DNA of 64,000 nucleotides from an uncultured delta proteobacterium (GTDB lineage Bacteria > Desulfobacterota > Binatia > Binatales > Binataceae), in NCBI GenBank assembly GCA_963808235.1, contig CAWEEQ010000004.1, forward strand, positions 1,824,001 through 1,888,000. Reading direction: 5' to 3'. The notes beneath the pieces were generated by a model that worked only from the letters and a program-made list of their open reading frames with translations, was not told the DNA's origin and ran no database searches. Numbering within the stretch: the first letter of the stretch is position 1; each line of letters opens with the position of its first letter. The translations under genes were made by a program, and so were the position numbers. Positions 38,053 through 47,790 of this stretch are shown here, piece by piece.

Positions 38053-40831
38053 GCGATTGCGCCGCGTACGGAGCGACCTGCACCGCAGTCACTTTGTATT
38101 CGGGGCAGTTGGTCGCCCAGTCCGAATGCTCGGACATCAGGTCATTGGTGCGCGACTCCGGATGATGAAACGTGGTGTAAACGACGCCGGGTTGCACGCG
38201 CTCCGTGACGAGCGCATGGAGACGCTGTTTCGCCGCGGCGGGCCCGCACTTGGAGCCAATCGCCGTCGCGAATGCCGCGCAGTTCGGCGTCATGCGGATG
38301 AATCTCGAGTCAGATCCTCCGCGTGCATCGCGCCATTCGGAGTGCGCCGCGTCTGAGTACCTACATTGTACTGACTGAGTATTCGGCCAGTAGTCAGAAG
38401 CAGTGGATATTCTGTATTAGTGCGCTCATCAGTGGGTATGTACTCGGTAATGGTGAATTTACCCTTGCCGCGCACGAACTCGCCGATATGCATGACCGGT
38501 GTTCCCTCCGGCGCGCGATCGTTGCACGGCCATTGCACTGAGCCCAATCGATCGATCTTGTCGTAGCTGACGCCGGAGAATGTCGGTGTCAGCCGCGCGA
38601 TCTCGTCCATGATTTCCGACGGATGCGAATACTTCATCGGATAGCCGAGCGCTGCCGAGAGTTCACAAGTGATCTCCCAATCTTCTTTCCCCGCGAGCGG
38701 CGCGGTGACCTTGCGGACCATCGAGATTCGCCGCTCGCTGTTGGTGAAAGTGCCGTTCTTTTCCAGAAACGACGAGCCCGGCAAAAACACGTGCGCGTAT
38801 TTCGCAGTCTCGTTCATGAACAAGATCCTGCACGATGACGCATTCCATCGCGCTAAGCGCGTTGGTGACGTGCTCTCCCCCGGGCTCGGATTGCGCAACG
38901 TCTTCGCCCTCGACGTAGAGGCCTTTGAAGGTGCCCTCGAGCGCCGCGTCGAACATGTTCGGGATGCGTAGGCCGGGTTCGGGATCGATCGCGCACGTCC
39001 CAGGCGTCGGCAAACGCTGCGCGAACCGACCGGATCGGAAATGTGGCGGTAGCCGCTCAGCTCATGCGGGAACGAACCCATGTCGCAGGAACCCTGCACG
39101 TTGTTCTGGCCGCGGAGCGGATTCACGCCGACGCCGAGCCGGCCGATATTTCCGGTCGCCATCGCGAGGTTCGCGATCCCTAGCACCATAGTGCTGCCCT
39201 GGCTATGCTCGGTGACACCGAGCCCATAGTAAATTGCGGCGTTCGGCGCGCTCGCGTACATCCGCGCGGCGGCGCGAATTTTGTCGGCGGGCACGCCAGT
39301 GATTTTCTCGGCTGCGTCGGGCGAGTTGCGCTCCTCGGAGACGAACTTTTTCCACGCATCGAACTCGTGCGGATCGCATCGCTCGGCGACGAACTCCTCG
39401 TCGGTCGAGACCCTCGACGACCACCACGTATGCGAGTGCATTGATCAGCGCAACATTGGTGCCGGGTTTGAGTTGCAGATGATACGACGCGGATACGTGC
39501 GGCAGTCGCACAATCTCGGTGACGCGCGGATCGGCGACGATCAACTTGGCGCGCTCGCGAAGCCGGCGCTTCATTTGCGCCGCGAATACCGGATGCCCTT
39601 CGGTGACGTTGGCGCCGATCACCAGGATGACGTCGGCATGCATCACCGATTCGAAGTCCTGGGTCGTCGCGGAAGTGCCAAACGCGGTCTTGAGGCCATA
39701 GCCGGTGGGCGAATGACAAACCCGCGCGCAGGTATCGACGTTGTTGTTGCCGAACGCTGCCCGCACCAGTTTCTGGACGAGAAACGTTTCCTCGTTGGTG
39801 CATCGCGAGGACGTGATCGCGCCCACTGCGCCGCGTCCGTGCTTTTCCTGGATGCGCTTGAACTCCGCGGCCGCGTATTCGATCGCCTCGTGCCATGACA
39901 CTTCCCGCCACGGCTGATCGATCGACCTGCGAATCATCGGGCTGCGTGACGCGATCGGGATGAGTCGCATAACCCCATGCGAAACGGCCCTTGACGCATG
40001 AATGGCCGTGATTGGCCTGCCCGTTGGGATTCGGAACCATCCGCGAAACGAAGTCGCCCTTCATCTCGGCGCGGAACGAGCATCCGACCCCGCAATATCC
40101 GCAGGTGGTGACGACGCTGTGCTCGGCCTGGCCGAGTTCGATCACTGATTTTTCCATCAGCGTCGCGGTCGGACAGGCTTGCACGCACGCTCCGCAGGAT
40201 ACGCATTCCGACGCGGCGAACGAGCCGTTCTGTCCCGGTGAAATTACCGAGCCGAAGCCGCGCCCGTCGATCGTGAGAGCGTAGGTGCCCTGGATTTCCT
40301 CGCACGCGCGGACGCATCGCGAGCACACGATGCATTTCGACGGATCGAAAGTGAAATACGGATTCGATTCGATCCTTGCTCCGCGTGCAGATGATTCGCG
40401 CCAGGCCGGTAGCGCACTTCGCGCAGTCCGACCGCGCCCGCCATGTCCTGCAACTCGCAATTGCCGTTGGCGGAACAGGTCAGGCAGTCGAGCGGATGAT
40501 CGGAAATGTAGAGCTCCATCACGCCGCGACGAAGCCGTGCGAGCGCGGGACTCTCGGTGCGGACTTTCATTCCCGCGCGCACGGGCGTGGTGCACGATGC
40601 CGGATATCCGCGCTGGCCTTCGACCTCGACCAGGCACAGCCGGCACGATCCGAACGGTTCGAGCGAATCCGTCGCGCAGAGTTTGGGGACGTGGATTCCG
40701 GCCTCGTCGGCGGCGCGAATCACTGAGGTGCCGTCGGGCACGGTGACCACACGCCCGTCGATCTCCAGCGAGACTGTGTTCGCGCCGGCGCGAAGCGGCG
40801 TCGCAAAATCGCTATCGGCTCGCGATCTCAT
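38053..40831 (-). pseudogene. fdsA: NAD-dependent formate dehydrogenase alpha subunit, broken by about 7 frameshifts (possibly sequencing errors)
   Basis: Consecutive fragments: PKLC..GSCRLCLVE; CIVCSRC, CVSCGAC; TCGYCGVGC; DTCARVCHSP; LRGQNNVQG; LTTGRIL.QYN; NCPEYKVTAVQV. Confidence 0.88.
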
Positions 40832-42428
40832 TGGTGCCACCAGTTGCGGACTGCGAAACTGTCAGGTCTTGCGCGATGAAGTCAACGTCAGCCGGTTTGA
40901 GACCGAAATCTTCGGGAAAAAATTTGAGTGCGCTCAGAACCGGCAATGGGGTCAGGCCGCCGAGCAGGCAGAGCGAGCCGAACTTCAGCGTGTCGCAGAG
41001 ATCGCGCAGGATTTCGAGGCTCTCGCGCACGCGGCGGCGGTTGATGATGTCCTCGATCACCTCGGCGCCGCGAATCGATCCGATTCGGCACGGCGTGCAT
41101 TTTCCGCACGACTCGATCGCGCAGAACTCCATCGCGTAGCGCGCCATCCGCGCCATATCGACGCTGTCGTCAAAGACAACAATTCCGCCATGCCCAAGAA
41201 TTCCGCCGCGCGCCGCCATCGATTCGTAGTCGAGCGTGGTGTCGAGCATCGAGGCCGGAAAGTACGCTCCGAGCGGTCCTCCGACCTGCACGGCGCGAAC
41301 TGTTTTGCCGCTCGCAGTACCACCACCGTAGTCGTAAACAATCTCGCGGAGCGTCACGCCCATCGAGGTTTCGATAAGCCCTGGCCGCTTCGAGTTGCCG
41401 GCAAGTTGAATCGGAATCGTGCCGCGCGAATTGCCGGTGCCGAAGTCGCGATAGAAGTCGGCGCCACGCTCGAGAATAATCGGCACCGTCGCGAACGAGA
41501 TCACGTTGTTGATGACGGTCGGTTTGCCGAACAGCCCTTCGAGCGCCGGAAGCGGCGGTTTGAAGCGAACCATCCCGCGCCGCCCCTCGATACTTTCGAG
41601 CATCGCGGTTTCCTCACCGCAAATATACGCGCCCGCGCCGAGCCGAATCTCCAGATCGTAGGCGTTTCCGGAGCCGAGCACATTCGTTCCGAGATAGCCT
41701 TTCGAATGCGCCGCCGAGATTGCTTCGGTTAGCGCGCGGTGCGCATGCGGATACTCAGATCGCAAATAAATGTAGCCGCGCGTCGCGCCGGCCGCGATCG
41801 CGGCGATCGTCATCCCTTCGATCAGCACGAAGGGATCGCCCTCCATGATCATTCGATCGGAGAACGTGCCGGAGTCGCCTTCGTCGGCGTTGCACACGAC
41901 ATACTTCGGCGTCGCCGGGGCGTCGGCCGCGGTCTTCCACTTGATGCCGACCGGGAAACCTGCGCCGCCCCGCCCGCGGAGGCCCGACGCGGTAACCTCG
42001 GCGATGACCTCTTCGGGACGCATCTCGAGCGCGCGCTTGAGTCCGCGATAGCCGCCATGCGCGACGAAGTCGTCGAGCGAGACCGGATCGGTCACTCCGA
42101 CGCGCGCAAACGTGAGCCGGTTTTGCGATTTGAGCCATGGAATTTCGTCGACGCTTCCGAGCCGTAAACGATGCTCGCGGCCCGCTATAAAATCCGAATC
42201 GAATAGCGACGCCACGTCGGCCGCCGTTACCGGTCCATATGCGATTCGTTCCGCACTGGTCGCAACTTCGACCATCGGCTCGTGCGAGAACATCCCACGC
42301 GATCCGTTGCGCACTATCTTCACGTCGAGCTTGCGACGCGCGGCTTCGTCTCGGATAGAACTCGCGACGGAATCCGCGCCAAGCGAGACGGCGCTGGAAT
42401 CGCGTGGAATGTAGACGCTGGTCGTCAT
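40812..42428 (-). CDS. fdsB: Formate dehydrogenase beta subunit (NuoF-like, FMN/NAD)
   Basis: GLRGRGGAGFP, NADEGDSGT, GAYICGEE, ESCGKCTPCR. Confidence 0.92.
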   Translation of the reverse strand: MTTSVYIPRDSSAVSLGADSVASSIRDEAARRKLDVKIVRNGSRGMFSHEPMVEVATSAERIAYGPVTAADVASLFDSDFIAGREHRLRLGSVDEIPWLKSQNRLTFARVGVTDPVSLDDFVAHGGYRGLKRALEMRPEEVIAEVTASGLRGRGGAGFPVGIKWKTAADAPATPKYVVCNADEGDSGTFSDRMIMEGDPFVLIEGMTIAAIAAGATRGYIYLRSEYPHAHRALTEAISAAHSKGYLGTNVLGSGNAYDLEIRLGAGAYICGEETAMLESIEGRRGMVRFKPPLPALEGLFGKPTVINNVISFATVPIILERGADFYRDFGTGNSRGTIPIQLAGNSKRPGLIETSMGVTLREIVYDYGGGTASGKTVRAVQVGGPLGAYFPASMLDTTLDYESMAARGGILGHGGIVVFDDSVDMARMARYAMEFCAIESCGKCTPCRIGSIRGAEVIEDIINRRRVRESLEILRDLCDTLKFGSLCLLGGLTPLPVLSALKFFPEDFGLKPADVDFIAQDLTVSQSATGGTNEIASR

Positions 42429-42946
42429 TGCGATTCCCCGATGCGCTGCGGAAGTGCGGAAATGATTTCGTCGAAGCGCTTAGGCGTGACGCGGCCATGA
42501 ATATCCGTGCCGACGACGATCGCGGGTGAGCACGCGCAATTGCCAAGACAGTAGACCGGCTCGAGTGTGTAGGCACCATCGACGCTGGTCTGCCCGAATT
42601 CGACTCCGAGACGCTTTTGAATGTGAGTGGCAAGCTCAACAGCGCCCATCGCCTGGCACGACTCGGCACGGCAGACGCGAATTATGTTTCTACCCGGGGG
42701 CGCGGTGCGAAAATCATGGTAAAAACTGATGACTCCGTGAACCTCGGCGCGCGAAAGGTTCAGCGCATTCGCGATCGCCGGCACCGCGTCCGCCGGCACA
42801 TAGCCCAGGCGGTCTTGCACTGCGTGCAGAACCGGCATCAGTGCATCGGGCTTGTCGCCGACGCTCGCCATGATTTCGCCGATAGCGACCTCGATCGCAG
42901 CGCGATTGGACTCTGCGTGGCCGTTATCCGAATGCCTTGCGCTCAT
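42425..42946 (-). CDS. fdsG: Formate dehydrogenase gamma subunit (NuoE-like 2Fe-2S)
   Basis: LSRAEVHGVISFYHDF, CRAESC, YCLGNCACSP. Confidence 0.92.
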   Translation of the reverse strand: MSARHSDNGHAESNRAAIEVAIGEIMASVGDKPDALMPVLHAVQDRLGYVPADAVPAIANALNLSRAEVHGVISFYHDFRTAPPGRNIIRVCRAESCQAMGAVELATHIQKRLGVEFGQTSVDGAYTLEPVYCLGNCACSPAIVVGTDIHGRVTPKRFDEIISALPQRIGESQ

Positions 42947-43027
42947 CGCTATTCCCTAAGCTCGCTATACCATGATTCTAACAGGGCAGGCATAAAGCCC
43001 AAGGGTGCTGCGAGGCTTGATTGTAGC

Positions 43028-43044
43028 AGTTGCATATTGCAACT
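43028..43044. promoter_or_regulatory. Inverted repeat (candidate operator) in the fdsG/narM-like divergent gap
   Basis: AGTTGCA-TAT-TGCAACT. Confidence 0.5.
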
Positions 43045-43090
43045 TAGACATACCTTGGCGGCGCGAAAACTCGTCGATTGGGACCTATAG

Positions 43091-43549
43091 ATGATTCGCA
43101 AATTCAAATTTGAAGATGAGATGCATGAGAGTTTGCAATGCGTTCCGATGGCGGTGCGGCGCAAGCTCGATCGGGTCGGGCTGAAGATTGGCCTTGAGCA
43201 ATGGAAGGCGCTCGATCGCGGCGAGCGGCTCGCGATTTGTCATATCCCAGTCGACTCGGGCGAGGAATGCGATGCGCTCGCGTACTTCATCCGCGAAACG
43301 ATGGTGCGCCGATTCGGCGTCGAGCCAAAGCAACTGTCCGACTCCGCACGCGCATCCGCGGAGCCGCCGACTGCGCCCCCTGTTCAACTCGTGGCGCATG
43401 CCCGAGGGTTGGGATTCGTTCTGAGCGACACGGCGTGGACGCGTCTCGACACCGACGAGCGATTCGCCCTCATGAAGATGGGCGACCTCGCCACGCCGAG
43501 CCACAACCTGGCCGCGGCACTCAAGGAATTTGGCGTGGCGGCCGTTTGA
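43091..43549 (+). CDS. Nitrate reductase-associated protein (NarM-like)
   Basis: F.FE....SL.C.PMAVR.KLD..GLK..L.QW ... W..L...ERFAL.K ... HNL..AL.EF. Confidence 0.82.
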   Translation: MIRKFKFEDEMHESLQCVPMAVRRKLDRVGLKIGLEQWKALDRGERLAICHIPVDSGEECDALAYFIRETMVRRFGVEPKQLSDSARASAEPPTAPPVQLVAHARGLGFVLSDTAWTRLDTDERFALMKMGDLATPSHNLAAALKEFGVAAV

Positions 43550-43562
43550 CGAGGTTCGACGT

Positions 43563-44384
43563 TCAATCGCGGGCGAAGTGATCGAGGATCGCCCTACCGT
43601 TGCCTAGTTTGAATTGATGCTTCAGCGCGTTGGTCACGTATCGTTTCGCGCCGCGCACCGAATCCTCCAAACTTTTGCCGCGAGCTAGATACGCCGCGAT
43701 CGCCGCCGAGAAGGCGCATCCAGTGCCATGCGCTCCGCCGCCGGAGATGCGCTTGCTTGCCAGTTCTATAAATCGGCGGCCGTCGTAAAAGAGGTCCGCC
43801 GATTTTGCGTCGTCGGCACGCGCGCCGCTCTTGCGATGCCCTCCCTTGATCACCACCGCCCTCGCGCCCGTCGCGAGGATTTGGCGCGCCGCCTCACGCA
43901 TCGCGGCGCCGGTATCGATCCGAATCGACGTGATCGCCTCAGCCTCCCCAATGTTCGGCGTGACGATCAATGCCAGCGGAATCAGCAAATCGCGCATGGC
44001 GCGTTCGCCGGCCGCCTCGAGCAGGCGCGTGCCACTGCTCGATATGAAGACCGGATCGACAACCGGCGCAGGCATCGCGAGTTTCACGATCGCGCGCGCG
44101 ACTGCTTTGACGATCGCCGCGTTGCCGAGCGCGCCGGTCTTAAGTGCCCGCGGGACGCATTCAGCCGCGAGCGATTCAATCTGCTCGGTGACTGACGCCG
44201 GCGCGACCGGCCATGTCCGCCTGACGCGAGAACTATTCTGCGCGATCACGTCGGTGATCACCGAATATCCATACACGCCAAGCGCTGCGAAGGTCTTCAG
44301 GTCCGCCTGGATACCGGCGCCGCCGCTCGGGTCGCTTCCGGCGATTGTCAGTGCAACAGGATGTTTCGAATTGGGAGAGGCCAA
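43563..44384 (-). CDS. thiD: Hydroxymethylpyrimidine/phosphomethylpyrimidine kinase
   Basis: LTIAGSDPSGGAGIQADLKT, TPN..EA, KGGH, HGTGC. Confidence 0.94.
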   Translation of the reverse strand: MASPNSKHPVALTIAGSDPSGGAGIQADLKTFAALGVYGYSVITDVIAQNSSRVRRTWPVAPASVTEQIESLAAECVPRALKTGALGNAAIVKAVARAIVKLAMPAPVVDPVFISSSGTRLLEAAGERAMRDLLIPLALIVTPNIGEAEAITSIRIDTGAAMREAARQILATGARAVVIKGGHRKSGARADDAKSADLFYDGRRFIELASKRISGGGAHGTGCAFSAAIAAYLARGKSLEDSVRGAKRYVTNALKHQFKLGNGRAILDHFARD

Positions 44385-44514
44385 GAAGGGGCTCTCATGC
44401 GTTCCAATAATCTTATCGGACCGCGCCCGACAGTGATAGATGGACGCTCAGTTGATCGATCATCGAACCGCGCGGTACCTTGGCGCAACGGATGGAAATT
44501 TTCGGGCGAATAAA

Positions 44515-46224
44515 ATGCCGGTAAGAGGCGAATCGGAATTTCTCAACCTGCCATTCCAGGAAAAGCTGGATTTCCTGTACGGCCTGCCCGCGCGCCAGAA
44601 ACGCGATCTGATTCTTTCCGCACCCGAGGCCGAGCGCCTGGTTCAATCGTTCTCGCCCGAGACGCTTTTCTACACGCTGAAGGAAATCGGCAGCGCCGAC
44701 GCCGGCGACCTGCTCAGCCTCGCGATGCCCGAGCAGGTGAAGTCGCTGTTCGATCTCGATTGCTGGAACCGCGACCGCCCCAACGTGCATCGAATGCGCG
44801 AGTGGATCGAGGCGATGGCCGACGGCGGACGGCGCAAGCTCGCCGACGCGCTGATGGGCCTCGACATGGAGATGATGTCGATCCTGCTGCGCGGGTACAT
44901 CAAGGTGCATCGAATCGAAGATGCGGCGTCGTCGCCCGACGCGACCGCGAACCGCTTCGCACAGTACGACGAAAATTATCTGATCGAGTTCATCCGCCAC
45001 GACGCCATCTCGCAGCACATTTCAGATTTTATCGAAGAGGCTTTCGAGCGCGACTACAACTACTTCGCCGGCCTGATGGAAGAAATTTACTGGGGTGTCG
45101 AAGCCGAGCTCGAAGAAGAGGCCTACCAGTTCCGGCGCGCGCGATTGAACGATCGCGGCTTTCCCGATTTCTTCGACGCGCAAAGCGTCTTCGCGTATTT
45201 GAATCCCGCGCAGTTTCTGAAAATTCGCGAAGGCTACGAGCGCCCGAGCCGCGCCGACCTGCCCGACGACACCGAGATGGTGCCGCCGGAGATGGCGCCT
45301 GCGATTGCCGACGGCGACATCTCGCTGTTCAACACCGCGCTCACCGCGGGCTTCGCATCGCAGGGTAAACGTCAACTTCGCAGCGAGATGGCGATGGTCT
45401 CCAACCAGGTGCTGGTTGCCCGCGCGATCGACTTCGGCGACCTGGAGGAGGTCCGCGTCGCAGTCGAGATGACGCACAATTACCTGAATCTCGCGCTCGA
45501 GCATCTGGCGGGCGGCGACTTGCAAGCTGCAATCGAGCATCTGCGCGACACTCATCTGAAGCTGCTCTTTCGCCTGGGTGTGAGCCTGACAATCGATCTG
45601 CGAACTTCCGCCGAGTCCACGATCCGCAAACTCGGCCTATCGATCGGCAAGGTGCGAGAGATTTCTTACCTCGATTCACCGTATCGCGAGGCCCTTGCGG
45701 GTTTCATGGCGCGTCAGCCGCGATTCTACAGCGCGCTCGACGGCAGCGGCGGCGTCGATATGCGCGATTTCCGCACGATGCGCGACTTGCATCTTAGCTA
45801 CGCGATTCTCGATCAAGTGGATTCTGCCGCGGAGTTGTTCCGCGGGCTATTCAATATCGATATCGGATCGCCCAACTTCCGCGCCCAGGTTGCCGCGCGT
45901 GAGGTTCGGCTCAGCCAGATGCTCGGCACCGCGCTAGGGCGGCTCGGCCTCGATGGCCGGCTCTCGATCGAGCCGATCGAAGGCAGCCGGCTTACCGCGA
46001 TGCGCGCGGCGATCATGACCGGCGAGCCGGGGCGGCTAAGCGACGAGTTCCGCGCCACGCTGCATCATGCCCTCGCCGAGCGGCTCGACGACGGCGCGCG
46101 CAAACGCACCGCTGACTTCCTGAATTCATGCGTGAACCTGCTCGAGGAAGAATTCGCCAACCTGGGTGGCGAGCTTCGGATCGATCCGCGTTTTATCGAA
46201 AGTGTGCTGGTCCGCGAGGGCTAA
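44515..46224 (+). CDS. DUF6178-like conserved protein
   Basis: LFDLDCW, ELEEEAYQFRRARL.D.GF, NQVLVA, LFRLG; start uncertain (44440 possible). Confidence 0.7.
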   Translation: MPVRGESEFLNLPFQEKLDFLYGLPARQKRDLILSAPEAERLVQSFSPETLFYTLKEIGSADAGDLLSLAMPEQVKSLFDLDCWNRDRPNVHRMREWIEAMADGGRRKLADALMGLDMEMMSILLRGYIKVHRIEDAASSPDATANRFAQYDENYLIEFIRHDAISQHISDFIEEAFERDYNYFAGLMEEIYWGVEAELEEEAYQFRRARLNDRGFPDFFDAQSVFAYLNPAQFLKIREGYERPSRADLPDDTEMVPPEMAPAIADGDISLFNTALTAGFASQGKRQLRSEMAMVSNQVLVARAIDFGDLEEVRVAVEMTHNYLNLALEHLAGGDLQAAIEHLRDTHLKLLFRLGVSLTIDLRTSAESTIRKLGLSIGKVREISYLDSPYREALAGFMARQPRFYSALDGSGGVDMRDFRTMRDLHLSYAILDQVDSAAELFRGLFNIDIGSPNFRAQVAAREVRLSQMLGTALGRLGLDGRLSIEPIEGSRLTAMRAAIMTGEPGRLSDEFRATLHHALAERLDDGARKRTADFLNSCVNLLEEEFANLGGELRIDPRFIESVLVREG

Positions 46225-47036
46225 GGCTGATTCAGCGTGACGACGCGGTTTGCGCCGCCGCGATTCAGCGTCAGCGTGACCGCACCGCCGCTCTTGAGCA
46301 CCGACGCGTTTCGGCTGAAATCGTCGAGCGCCGCAACTTTGGCGTCGTTCACCTTGATCACGATGTCGCCGCGCGCGACTCCCGCCTTCTGCGCCGCCGG
46401 CGAAACCTCCGATACCAGCACACCGCGATCGTCCGGCTCGTCGAAGTAGGTCGCCAGTTCCGGCGTCAATTGCTCGACGGTCAGGCCGAGCGCGCGCGCG
46501 GTGTCGGGAACTTTCCCGCCGCTGGCGCTGCTCGCGAGCGTCGATTCGAGCAGCTTCGAGTTCACGTAGATCGGCGCGTTCATGCCCATCGCAAGCGCGA
46601 TCGCGTCGCTCGGACGGCTGTCGATCGCGTAGCGTCCCTTGTCCATATAAATCTTCGCGTAAAAAATCTCGTCGCGCATTTCCGCGATCACGATGCGATC
46701 GACGCCGTTGCCGGTCTCCGAGATTATCGACCGCATCAGGTCGTGCGTGAACGGACGCGGCGGCTTGATTCCCTGCAACGAGAGCATGATCGCCTGGGCC
46801 TCGCTCTCGCCAATCATGATCGGCAGTTCGCGCGACTCGGAATCGTCCCGCAAAAGCACGAAGTGAGCCCCGGTCTCCTGGTCATAACCGACCTTGGCGA
46901 CCTGGACGCGGACCTCATCGCCGGAAATTCCCGAAGTTTGCGTTGAGGATGCCGTAGTGGAGCGGCCGCATGAGCATGCAGCCACGGTGGCTGCTAACAG
47001 CAGCAGGCACAGATGCCTTCCGCCCACAGCCTTCAT
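46221..47036 (-). CDS. Lipoprotein with bifunctional nuclease (DUF151) and PDZ domains
   Basis: VAAC lipobox; LPI.IG..EA.AI, RP.THDL, DSRPSDAIALA; C-terminal LGLTV..LTPELA...GVLV...GD.I..VN. Confidence 0.85.
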   Translation of the reverse strand: MKAVGGRHLCLLLLAATVAACSCGRSTTASSTQTSGISGDEVRVQVAKVGYDQETGAHFVLLRDDSESRELPIMIGESEAQAIMLSLQGIKPPRPFTHDLMRSIISETGNGVDRIVIAEMRDEIFYAKIYMDKGRYAIDSRPSDAIALAMGMNAPIYVNSKLLESTLASSASGGKVPDTARALGLTVEQLTPELATYFDEPDDRGVLVSEVSPAAQKAGVARGDIVIKVNDAKVAALDDFSRNASVLKSGGAVTLTLNRGGANRVVTLNQP

Positions 47037-47095
47037 AGTAAAACCTTACGCGCATGTCGCTGGTGACGCCAAGCCGCCTCGCAAGCGCATGCGGA

Positions 47096-47692
47096 TTACC
47101 GGCCGCGGAAATCGCGCGCGACGATGTACAGCTCCGACGAACCGGGGCGGCTCGCCTTGGTCCGAGTGACTTCAACGGTTCGGAAGTGCCGCTTGAAATT
47201 GTCGACCACCGGCTTGAAGTCCGCACCCATGAACAGCTTCACGACCATCGCGCCCCTTGGGGCAAGGATCTCCATCGCGAACGCGAGCGCCGCGTCGATA
47301 AGCTCTCTCGATCGCGCTTCATCGCGGGTGGCGATACCGGTCAGCTTGGGCGCGAGGTCGCTGGTCACCAGGTCGGCAGGTCCGTCAAGTTCGTTCGCGA
47401 CTCGCGCCATCACGGATGCATCGAGAATGTCGCCGACTATCGTGATCGCACCGGCCGGCGGATTTTTCACTTGCGCCAGGTCCACACCGACCACACGCCC
47501 ACCCGGACCAATCGCCGGTGCCAGGATCGCGAGCCATCCACCGGGCGCGCATCCCAGATCGACAACCTTCGCCGTCTTCGTCACCAGACGATTGCGCGCA
47601 AGGATTTCCTCGATCTTGAATGCGGCGCGCGATGGCAACCCCATCGCACGCGCCTTGCGGTAAAATTTATCGTGCGGTTCGTAAGTCGGCAC
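47096..47692 (-). CDS. rlmE: 23S rRNA methyltransferase RlmE
   Basis: SRAAFK, DLGCAPGGW, SDLAP, K.SR..SSE.Y. Confidence 0.93.
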   Translation of the reverse strand: MPTYEPHDKFYRKARAMGLPSRAAFKIEEILARNRLVTKTAKVVDLGCAPGGWLAILAPAIGPGGRVVGVDLAQVKNPPAGAITIVGDILDASVMARVANELDGPADLVTSDLAPKLTGIATRDEARSRELIDAALAFAMEILAPRGAMVVKLFMGADFKPVVDNFKRHFRTVEVTRTKASRPGSSELYIVARDFRGR

Positions 47693-47790
47693 TGAAAATC
47701 ACCTGATCGTCGCCGGTTCGCTTTTCCGCGCGCGTCGTAGCGGGTATCTTGGATGAACTTCCGCGCGGCATCTCGCAACTCGTGCATCAG

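Noticed and set aside
39700-39760. Selenocysteine in formate dehydrogenase alpha
   Set aside because: The Mo-ligand position reads CARVCH with a Cys codon; the breaks in this gene are frameshifts, not UGA
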